Source of the DNA: Syntrophorhabdaceae bacterium
GTDB lineage: Bacteria > Desulfobacterota > Syntrophorhabdia > Syntrophorhabdales > Syntrophorhabdaceae
Reading direction: 5' to 3'
Length of the DNA: 64,000 bases
Assembly: GCA_963665295.1 (NCBI GenBank)
Contig: OY762209.1
Location: 5,065,536-5,129,535 of the forward strand
Every line of letters begins with the position of its first letter. Within the stretch, counting starts at the first letter, position 1. Below the pieces are notes generated by a model. The model saw nothing but the letters and a program-made list of their open reading frames with translations, ran no database searches and was not told where the DNA came from. Made by a program: the position numbers and the translations under genes. Positions 29,293-36,997 of this stretch are shown here, piece by piece.

Positions 29293-31713
29293 GTGATACA
29301 CAAAAATGTTACCGAAAACCGGAACAGCCTGCTTTCTCAAAAAAGCTGCATAATCCGAAACGTGACCGCACTGTCATTCCTGGTCTTCCTGTTTATTATG
29401 ACCCTGCCGTTCCACGGATACCCGGCAGGACCCACGTACCCCATCTCCACTGATGTCCAGACCACAAGGCAGAGGACAGTACGTCCCTCCCCTATACCCG
29501 AAGCGCCGGAGATCCCGATATGGCAGGTCGAGAATTATGCCGGATACGGGTACAGTAACTGGACATTCGGAGACCCTGTCGACTACGGCAGACTCTTGCC
29601 GGACGGCTCCGAACCTGATGTATCCAACCCGGTCGAAACGCTACTAAATTACTTTTCCATAAGCGATACTCACATCACCGACAAGGAATCGCCGGCCCAA
29701 TCGCTCTACTTCGGGGTGCAGGGAGGTTTTGGAAGCGCCAACCTGCCGATGTACTCACCCGTTATGCTGTCCACCACCCACGTTCTTGACGCGGTGGTCC
29801 AGACCATCAACGCCCTCAACACGGGGACGCACTTCGATTTCGGCATAGGGCTTGGCGATCCGGCGAACAGCAACCTGTACAACGGGCTCAGGTGGCATAT
29901 CGACATTCTCGACGGAAAGTGGATCACTCCGAGCTCGGGTGCGCACAAAGGAGCGAAGACTATCGACTACCAGAAACCCTACCAATCGGCGGGGCTCGAC
30001 AAGTCGATTTCATGGTACCAGGTCATCGGCAACCATGACCAGTATTGGTCCGGCGCCTTCTATCCCAACGATTACCTTCGAAGCACCCTCGTGGGAAACA
30101 CCGTTCTCAACATGGGCCTCGTGGGAGGGAACCCTTCCCTTGAGGCGCGCGGCATCTATATGGGCGTAATTGACGGGACTACCCCCTACGGGACCGTCGA
30201 GGACGACGGCGCAGCCTCGACCATGGAGCCGCCGAAGGTAGCCGCCGACAGTCGCCGCCGCGCACTCACGACCCCCACGTCGTCGTCCCTGAACTGGATG
30301 AAGGAGTTTTTCAACACCACTTCGAAACCGAAGGGCCACGGGTTCACCCAGGCCAATCTCGATCAGGACTTTGTCTCCTACACCTTCGAGCCCAAATCGA
30401 GCGTGCCGGTAAAGGTCATAGTCCTCGACGACACGTGCAAGGAAAACCCGTACTACGGTTCGTATTCCCACGGCTGCCTGGATCAGACACGGTATGACTG
30501 GCTTGTCAACGAACTTGACCAGGGTCAGGCCGAGGGCAAGCTCATGATCGTCGCCGCCCATGTCCCGGTAGGACCTCAGACAAATGTCCCCGACGCCCCG
30601 ATTCCGCCGAACCCGCAGGCCCCCGCCGTTCCCAACGATACGGTCATCCCCATGTTCTTCTCCACGTGCAACACTAACCCGACTTCCATAGGGGTCACTT
30701 GTGCCGCCGGTGTCGATATATCAAACAATGACCCGGTCTTCCCTTATACCGTCGTCACCGACTGGACGCTCCTTCAGACTCTTCATAACTACTCGAACCT
30801 CATCCTCTGGATGGCGGGGCACCGTCACATGAATACCGTCACCCCGCAACCCGCACCCGTAGACAAGGGCCCGGAGTTCGGCTTCTGGGAGGTGGAAACC
30901 CCATCGACCAGGGACTTCCCTCAGGGGTTTCGCACATTTCAGATCGTTCGTAACGACAACAATACGGTTTCCATATTCGTCACCAACGTGGACCCCGCGG
31001 TCCAGAACGGTTCTCCCGCGGACAAGTCCCGTGGGTATGCGATCGGCGCATACAGGATAGCAACCGGCACGCCCGGTCTCACTGATACCACCTCTCATGT
31101 ATATAACGCGGAGCTTATCAAGCCCCTTGCCGATCCTTATACCATTACGGTCAACGTGACCGGGCCCGGTACGGTAGACATGGGCCCCTACCAGGCTGCC
31201 ACATGCTCCGTGAGCAGCCCTTGTTCGGCGGATTATCTCCCGGGCACGCAGGTGGTCCTTGCCCCCATTCCCTCCACCGGGGCTGCCTTTACCGGGTGGT
31301 CGGTCTGTCCGGGGACATCAACGTGCAACATCATCATGACCGGTGATACCACGGTGACGGCAAGATTCATCCAGTCTCCGACCGCGACCGCCGCCCCGAC
31401 CTACAAAAACTTCCCTGTTACAAAGACCGGGAAGAAGGCCGTCTCCACCTTTACGGTCAGCAATACCCGGGCGAAAGGCATCGTTGATCTTGCAATCGGT
31501 ACCATTTCGATAGGCGGGCTAAACGCAGACCAGTTCCAGGTCGTGGAAGGCAAGGACCGTTGTTCCGGACAGATTGTCAAGCCGGGCAAGAACTGCACCT
31601 TTCAGGTTTCTTTCAATCCCACTTTGACGAATACCCGGGTGGCAACGGTTACGATACCCTCGAACGACTCCGCTTCACCTACGACCATACCGATCACCGG
31701 AGCGGGAAAATAG
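29293..31713 (+). CDS. secreted metallophosphoesterase paralogue B (same architecture as 25376-27811)
   Basis: AGGGAGGA SD ~7 nt before GTG 29293, and the N-terminus aligns with paralogue A (..LVFLFIMTLPFHGYPAGPTYPIS). It has the same SDTHITD, GLGDP, GNHDQYW, AAHVP and GHRHMN motifs, and the same B-repeat plus choice-of-anchor-D-like tail. By eye it is roughly two-thirds identical to A. Confidence 0.85.
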   Translation: MIHKNVTENRNSLLSQKSCIIRNVTALSFLVFLFIMTLPFHGYPAGPTYPISTDVQTTRQRTVRPSPIPEAPEIPIWQVENYAGYGYSNWTFGDPVDYGRLLPDGSEPDVSNPVETLLNYFSISDTHITDKESPAQSLYFGVQGGFGSANLPMYSPVMLSTTHVLDAVVQTINALNTGTHFDFGIGLGDPANSNLYNGLRWHIDILDGKWITPSSGAHKGAKTIDYQKPYQSAGLDKSISWYQVIGNHDQYWSGAFYPNDYLRSTLVGNTVLNMGLVGGNPSLEARGIYMGVIDGTTPYGTVEDDGAASTMEPPKVAADSRRRALTTPTSSSLNWMKEFFNTTSKPKGHGFTQANLDQDFVSYTFEPKSSVPVKVIVLDDTCKENPYYGSYSHGCLDQTRYDWLVNELDQGQAEGKLMIVAAHVPVGPQTNVPDAPIPPNPQAPAVPNDTVIPMFFSTCNTNPTSIGVTCAAGVDISNNDPVFPYTVVTDWTLLQTLHNYSNLILWMAGHRHMNTVTPQPAPVDKGPEFGFWEVETPSTRDFPQGFRTFQIVRNDNNTVSIFVTNVDPAVQNGSPADKSRGYAIGAYRIATGTPGLTDTTSHVYNAELIKPLADPYTITVNVTGPGTVDMGPYQAATCSVSSPCSADYLPGTQVVLAPIPSTGAAFTGWSVCPGTSTCNIIMTGDTTVTARFIQSPTATAAPTYKNFPVTKTGKKAVSTFTVSNTRAKGIVDLAIGTISIGGLNADQFQVVEGKDRCSGQIVKPGKNCTFQVSFNPTLTNTRVATVTIPSNDSASPTTIPITGAGK

Positions 31714-31865
31714 CCGATTCCCGGTACAAACATGGTCAAATCCCTGGTGGGTCCCCCGGCGCGGAAACCGGGGACTCACCAGGGATATCGAGTGTCCACC
31801 CGCCCGGCCTTTCCTCAGGGAATTCCCGGATTCATTTGTGGGGAGTGTCGGCCATTTTCACCTGT

Positions 31866-33374
31866 TCAGGGCGCCCGGCAGAGCCATTTTCTCCTCTCTT
31901 CTTCGTATTTCTCCTCTGCAATCGCCAATCGGGAAGGGTCCACAAGCCACCGCCAGGGAGCATCCATATGCCACTGCCGGTGGACGTATTGCCCTATGCA
32001 CTTGTCGTCAACAAACACTTTCATGGCTCCCCCCGGTACTTTGCCGAATAGAACGAATCTGAGCCTCAATCTGCCTTGCCCGAAAAAACGCAACATAGAC
32101 TTGATGTGAAGATATCCGTCGAGCCTTCTCAAAACAATATTCCTGGTATTTCTCAATATTCTTGAGATGCGGGCATAGGCATAGACGCACATGCCCGCTA
32201 AGCCCCCGGCAACCGGGCGATGCCTCCCTTGCCCGTGCACGGCCGTGACACGGCCTTCCACCGCACTCATGGGGACCGGGAAGGGGTCGTTTTCAGAGTT
32301 GTTGTCGCCGCGGGTCAGGAGACCGTCGGCGTGTACGGCCATGATCCGGTGGACCACCCTGATGCCCTTTACAGGATCGTGAAAACAGGCGACGTCGCCG
32401 CGGCGGGGATTCTTACCGTTGTAGGGTTCAACATCCAGAAAATCGGGCGCTTTCAACGTGGGATACATGCTGTTTCCAGAGAGCGTCACACCCCAAGGCA
32501 TGACCGGAACCCTCACGGAACTGCCGCCGGCAGATGGGTGCGCCACAGGGTATCCGCTCAGAAGGGGCTCTTTTTTTAACGACTCTTCGACCAGCTTCCA
32601 GAATTCTCCGGTCAGACCCAGATGAAGGATGTACGCATGCAGCGCCGCCGTCAGTGCACAGACGATCGAGAATTGCCTCAAGCGGTTTTCCCGCACCTCG
32701 GGAAGGGATAATTGCCGGTCGAAAACACCGTTTACCTGTCCTACCGAGTCGATAAGCATGGCTGCAGCCTGGGTCGGATTGATTTCTTCTAAAGTATCTT
32801 CCGGGGAGCGACGGAGAAAGTAGAGAGCAGCGAGCGGTACGGCAGCGCCGGTATCCCAGGCGCCGCCCGGGCCGTCGTCATAAAAGCGGCTCCAAGTCGG
32901 CCAGGGATGTGCCAGATACTTTCCCTCCGGATCCCGTACGATAAGGACCGTATCGTCACAGAGCGAATGCCAGGGAAAAGGGAGCCTTAAAGATGCCGTG
33001 GTTTTTCCGGTACCTCCCGGCGCCGCAAAAAGAACCCCTTTCCCTTCGTACTCTGCGAGCGCGCCATGCACAAGTACGCCGCCGTGGGTTTGGACTTCAT
33101 GGGCAATGACCAGGCTAACCTTCATAGCCCTGGATACAAGGTCGAACCTATTTTGGGGTCGGGAGAAGCGGTAGACAATCATATCATCGTCTACGGAAAA
33201 GGCTTCCTCTTGCTCTTCCCGGGCGGTCATAACGCAAAGAGAACGACTCGCGACGCCGGTCTTGAGCATCATGGCGTTCGCCAGGAGTTCCACGACGGGC
33301 TCCATTTCCTTTGTTCCCGCGTGGATTTGTCTTCGGGAGCCGTCAGTCAGAGACAGCAGGTATGATTTCCCCAT
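31866..33374 (-). CDS. RiPP-cassette protein: N-terminal P-loop domain (HprK-like / ScmC-like) fused to an S26 signal-peptidase-like domain and a ~120-aa C-terminal tail
   Basis: HGALAEYEGKGVLFAAPGGTGKTTASLRL is a Walker-A motif in an HPr-kinase-C-like context. GNSMYPTL, RGDVACF, VVHRI and TRGDNN..D are archaeal/ER-type S26 motifs. It is the last gene of the cassette operon. Confidence 0.75.
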   Translation of the reverse strand: MGKSYLLSLTDGSRRQIHAGTKEMEPVVELLANAMMLKTGVASRSLCVMTAREEQEEAFSVDDDMIVYRFSRPQNRFDLVSRAMKVSLVIAHEVQTHGGVLVHGALAEYEGKGVLFAAPGGTGKTTASLRLPFPWHSLCDDTVLIVRDPEGKYLAHPWPTWSRFYDDGPGGAWDTGAAVPLAALYFLRRSPEDTLEEINPTQAAAMLIDSVGQVNGVFDRQLSLPEVRENRLRQFSIVCALTAALHAYILHLGLTGEFWKLVEESLKKEPLLSGYPVAHPSAGGSSVRVPVMPWGVTLSGNSMYPTLKAPDFLDVEPYNGKNPRRGDVACFHDPVKGIRVVHRIMAVHADGLLTRGDNNSENDPFPVPMSAVEGRVTAVHGQGRHRPVAGGLAGMCVYAYARISRILRNTRNIVLRRLDGYLHIKSMLRFFGQGRLRLRFVLFGKVPGGAMKVFVDDKCIGQYVHRQWHMDAPWRWLVDPSRLAIAEEKYEEERRKWLCRAP

Positions 33375-33415
33375 GGTCTGTCAACCCTCTCATTCAACAT
33401 TGCCGGAGAGGGTCT

Positions 33416-34609
33416 TCAACGGACCGTATCCGGCATGAGGCGTGTTGTCCCTTGCGTGCTCCGGCCTTTCCTGCGGCGACTTGCCGGGAAAAGCCCTTGC
33501 CTGTCGGCCTCCCGGCATCGCGTGCCCGCCCATACCATACCTCCCCCTTTCCGGTAGTTTGCGGCAACGCAGCCGGTGCGGCACACGCGCGAGAGGATGC
33601 AATCCCCGCATATTCCCGGATACCCGAGATAATCTTCAAGCTCCCGCCGGAGACTTTGCAGTTTCGGGTGATGGAACCATATCTCCCGCACGCTGTCGCC
33701 CAGACGTCCATAGACAAGGGAGGGGACCGTCTGCCCAATGCCGCACATAGCGATCTCGCCCGTGCCCAGGATACCCAGAATACCGATGACGCCGCAATCC
33801 CCCGTGCGGCCCCCGGTTTCCATGAGCGTCCTGAAAGACCGGACGGCCGGCGGCAAATTGAGGATGAAACCCTTGATGGACGTCTTTTCCTTCAGTTCGC
33901 CATACACATATTTCTCAAGGGCCCGCAGTTCCGTGATGCCGAGGGTTTCCCTGCGCGCCGTCATCTGCTTGCCCCGCCCGCTGTCGGTGACAGGATTGAA
34001 TTTTACCGAGGCCACGCCATGCTTTGCCGCCAGGGATGCAACGCCGTCTATTTGAGAAACGTTTCCTCTATGGAGGCTCATGATGACCTGCGTGTTGTCG
34101 TATCCCGCTTCTTTGAGGCAGTCAAGTCCGCTCAAGGCGGCGGCAAAAGCGCCTCGGGCGCCTCTGAAGGCGTCGTGCGCCTCCTCGTCGGGATCGTCGA
34201 GGCTCACGGAAATGGAGCCTACTTTTGTGTTGTTCTTGAGCCAGTGCGCCAGCTCCCGCGTCATCAGGGTGCCGTTGGTCTCCATGTTCATGGTGAGGCC
34301 CATGTCGGAGAGCCCCGCCGCAATCTCCTTGAAGCGTGGATGAAGAAGGGGCTCGCCGCCCGTGAGTTTTGCCCTTGTCAATCCCAGGTTTTTGGCCTCT
34401 TTCACCGCGGCAAAAAGCGGTTCCGGGTCGATGCATTCCCGCGGGTCGGGCCTGCCGTCGATAAAACGCGGCGTGACCCAGCAGTGGCGGCACATGAGGT
34501 TGCAGCCGGAGGTGAGATAGAGGTAAAAGGAGCGGAGCGGCGGCACACCTTGCGGCAGCTCCGGGAAAGATGACGATTCAACGGGAATTTCCGGATCGCA
34601 AAGGGACAT
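33416..34609 (-). CDS. radical SAM/SPASM peptide maturase (PqqE-like), second of two
   Basis: ATG 34609 has an AAGAGGA SD (the track start at 34651 is TTG). LYLTSGCNLMCRHCW is the Cx3Cx2C cluster. The C-terminal Cys-rich SPASM region reads CGVIGILG..GEIAMCG...CGDCILSRVCRTGC. Confidence 0.85.
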   Translation of the reverse strand: MSLCDPEIPVESSSFPELPQGVPPLRSFYLYLTSGCNLMCRHCWVTPRFIDGRPDPRECIDPEPLFAAVKEAKNLGLTRAKLTGGEPLLHPRFKEIAAGLSDMGLTMNMETNGTLMTRELAHWLKNNTKVGSISVSLDDPDEEAHDAFRGARGAFAAALSGLDCLKEAGYDNTQVIMSLHRGNVSQIDGVASLAAKHGVASVKFNPVTDSGRGKQMTARRETLGITELRALEKYVYGELKEKTSIKGFILNLPPAVRSFRTLMETGGRTGDCGVIGILGILGTGEIAMCGIGQTVPSLVYGRLGDSVREIWFHHPKLQSLRRELEDYLGYPGICGDCILSRVCRTGCVAANYRKGGGMVWAGTRCREADRQGLFPASRRRKGRSTQGTTRLMPDTVR

Positions 34610-35723
34610 TCTTATCCTCTTTATATTTCTTGTAGCAGTTCCTTGGGTCAACGGCGTTTAACGTGCCGCATTGGGCGAAAACGACCGCCGGGCAGCCTCC
34701 TGTGCAAAATCCGGCATAGCTGCAGTCCCCGCATCCGGCGACCGTGGTGATCGGGGTTTCATAACGTGTGCGCAGGATATTGATTTCCCGTCCTGAAAGC
34801 CACGCCTCGCGAAGCGGCGTAGAGCCGATCTTCCCCATGACCATAGTAGGCAGCATAGTGCAAGGGACGATAGCGCCGTCGTGGCGAATCGCCATCTTAT
34901 TGAAAACTCCGCCACAGGCGGCAAGTTTTCCCCTGCCCGGCAGGCCGGTCTTGCCTTCGGCGAGGGCTCCTTCGATCTGAGCGACGTTTCTGGTGAAGGC
35001 CAGGGGTCCCGCTGCGGCTTTAATGCGTCCCGGGTAGCGCAGGGCAAGCTCTTCCATGGTTTTGACGGCCACGTCCCACTCTTCGTTGGAGAGGATCACG
35101 TCCTGACCGGAGCAGCGGGCGGAGCCGAAGGGGTTGGCGCCGTCGGTGCTGAAGGATTTCAGCCCTGCGTCTTCGAGGAGCAGGACGGCGACGTTTTCCA
35201 GATCACGCACATTGTAGCGATTGACCGTGACCCGGACGGTAACAGGAAAATCATGTTTCTTGAGCAGGCGCAACCCGCGCAAAGCCCGCTCGAAGCTCGC
35301 AGGCGAACGAGTTGAGTCGTGGATCTCAGGCGTGGCTCCGTCGATGGATACCTGAATGGAATCGAGGCGCAGCCGGCGCTTGCCTTCACGGAAGGCGTCG
35401 ATGACCTTGTCGTCGATGAGGGTGCCGTTGGAGAGAACGCTGTAGCGCATGCGGTTTTCGATCACGCTGTCAACCAGTGTGAAAAAATCAGGACGAGTAA
35501 AGACCTCGCCGCCGCTTAAGGTGAGGCGCTCGACGCCTATTGCACCCGCCTCAACAAAAAACTCACGCCACCGATCCGTAGGAAGATCGTCAAGGGCGGT
35601 CATTTCATCGGCGTAGAAGCAATAGCGGCACCGGAGGTTGCATTTACCCGTCAGACTGACCTGAAGGTTCGCGGGTGCGCCGCGTACACCGAAAGGATTG
35701 TTTTCACGTCTCCGAGGTTTCAT
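34578..35723 (-). CDS. radical SAM/SPASM peptide maturase (PqqE-like), first of two
   Basis: VSLTGKCNLRCRYCFY cluster motif. SPASM region CGGVFNKMAIRHDGAIVPC...CGDCSYAGFCTGGCPA. It overlaps the upstream PqqD-like gene by 20 nt. Confidence 0.87.
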   Translation of the reverse strand: MKPRRRENNPFGVRGAPANLQVSLTGKCNLRCRYCFYADEMTALDDLPTDRWREFFVEAGAIGVERLTLSGGEVFTRPDFFTLVDSVIENRMRYSVLSNGTLIDDKVIDAFREGKRRLRLDSIQVSIDGATPEIHDSTRSPASFERALRGLRLLKKHDFPVTVRVTVNRYNVRDLENVAVLLLEDAGLKSFSTDGANPFGSARCSGQDVILSNEEWDVAVKTMEELALRYPGRIKAAAGPLAFTRNVAQIEGALAEGKTGLPGRGKLAACGGVFNKMAIRHDGAIVPCTMLPTMVMGKIGSTPLREAWLSGREINILRTRYETPITTVAGCGDCSYAGFCTGGCPAVVFAQCGTLNAVDPRNCYKKYKEDKNVPLRSGNSR

Positions 35724-35979
35724 CGTGGACGATTACAAAATCGGGCAGCAGGGATTCAATAAACCTCTCGACATCCTCCTGCACATGCGTGGCGCCTTCG
35801 GTGTTTGCCGCCAGATATGCCGAGATTTCCGCGGAGGTCCGGGGCCGGGCGATTCTGTCCCATATGAGCCGTCCCGTTTCGTTGATCAGCACCACTTCGT
35901 CCGTATCGGGGTTGAAAAGCAGCGCCCCTTCGTCCTCGTCCCTTAGAGACACTACAGGATTTACTGCGTAACGCTTCAT
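35704..35979 (-). CDS. PqqD-family protein (RiPP recognition element), copy 2
   Basis: 91 aa. ...EGALLFNPDTDEVVLINETGRLIWDRI..PRTSAEISAYLA......V..DVERFIESLL is the typical PqqD pattern. ATGA overlap with copy 1. Confidence 0.75.
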   Translation of the reverse strand: MKRYAVNPVVSLRDEDEGALLFNPDTDEVVLINETGRLIWDRIARPRTSAEISAYLAANTEGATHVQEDVERFIESLLPDFVIVHDETSET

Positions 35980-36272
35980 AGATTGACCTCATACCCGATT
36001 AATCCCGTATCCAGGAGAATATCCAGAATGGCCCGCACATCGTCCTCCAGCGTCGGTGGCGCATCAATAAAACATTTTGCCGTTTCCTCGATGATGTCCC
36101 CCACGGTGCGGACGCCGTTCACGAGCCGCCAGATCAAAAGTCCGGTTGAGTTGAGCGCAAGACCGGTCGGAACGTCCAGATTGACGATAACCGCCCAGCC
36201 GCCTGCGTCTTCCTGCAGGGCATACGCCGGATTGCCGACAGGCAGCGAATCTAAACCGATTTCCCCGATCAT
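35976..36272 (-). CDS. PqqD-family protein (RiPP recognition element), copy 1
   Basis: 98 aa. ...AVIVNLDVPTGLALNSTGLLIWRLVNGVRTVGDIIEETAKCF.....LEDDVRAILDILLDTGLI is PqqD-like. It is the first gene of the operon, next to the AT-rich divergent promoter region. Confidence 0.7.
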   Translation of the reverse strand: MIGEIGLDSLPVGNPAYALQEDAGGWAVIVNLDVPTGLALNSTGLLIWRLVNGVRTVGDIIEETAKCFIDAPPTLEDDVRAILDILLDTGLIGYEVNL

Positions 36273-36428
36273 TCAGATTTCCATTCAATGTCGTTAAGTT
36301 CTATTTATAGCGTATAAATCACTAATTGGCAATCACAATAATATATTGGCGGAATAATTTGTTGAAGTTGCAATCGTAAATGTGGTATTCAAATGATAAA
36401 TCACAGATCAAAAGGAGGTTCGGTCAAC

Positions 36429-36629
36429 ATGAAGAAAACATCCTCCCCCACATCGACACCGGTCATGGACAGCCCGGAGACTAAAGCGGCCAAGCGGTAC
36501 GTCCCACCCACTGCGCTTCGGTTCGAATACTCTGTGGCGCACGCAGCCTGCAGCTATGGATCCGACGCCCCCACCGGGTGCAGTACCGGCGCCGTCGCCT
36601 TCGGCTGCACCAATGGGACCAACGAATAA
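36429..36629 (+). CDS. candidate RiPP precursor peptide (66 aa)
   Basis: AGGAGG lies ~10 nt before ATG 36429. Sequence: MKKTSSPTSTPVMDSPETKAAKRYVPPTALRFEYSVAHAACSYGSDAPTGCSTGAVAFGCTNGTNE. The C-terminal 27 aa contain three C-[ST]-x-G motifs 9-10 residues apart, preceded by an A-H-A (AxA) site. It is divergent from the maturase operon. Confidence 0.55.
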   Translation: MKKTSSPTSTPVMDSPETKAAKRYVPPTALRFEYSVAHAACSYGSDAPTGCSTGAVAFGCTNGTNE

Positions 36630-36759
36630 GCAGATAAAGAATGGGGTTTCTTAAGATACCCTGACTGCCCCTCTCGCTGCCCGTCCTTACAGCCCGAGGG
36701 ACTCTCCTACTATCAGGACTATCAACTCCGTGCGGAAGGGCTCTTTGGCTGGGACCGTG

Positions 36760-36895
36760 TACGGTCAACAATACCCGGACGAAAGGCATGGTTGATCTTG
36801 TAATCGGCACCATTTCCATAGGCGGGTTGAACGCGGACCGGTTCCAGGTCGTGGAAGTGTCCGCCCGTACCCTGTCTCTTCCCGGCCTTTCCTCA
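36760..36895 (+). pseudogene. remnant of a third phosphoesterase paralogue (choice-of-anchor-D-like segment plus downstream sequence)
   Basis: 36760-36858 is ~89% identical to 31452-31549 of paralogue B, and the frame is preserved (TVNNTRTKGMVDLVIGTISIGGLNADRFQVVE). 36857-36895 resembles 31792-31817, downstream of B. There is no start and no upstream body. Confidence 0.65.
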
Positions 36896-36997
36896 CTGTT
36901 AAAGGCGGATTCGCCTTGAAATCAACGAGTGCAGGTGGTAGTAAATAGACAAACCCCGGTCTGACCCCGGGCATTGCGTGCTTTTCGCGGAGAAACA

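Noticed and set aside
36273-36428. A sigma54 element in the divergent cassette promoter region (TGGCGG-AATAA-TTTGT).
   Set aside because: The -12 GC dinucleotide is missing. The region is simply AT-rich, with several weak sigma70-like hexamers, so no promoter could be placed with confidence.
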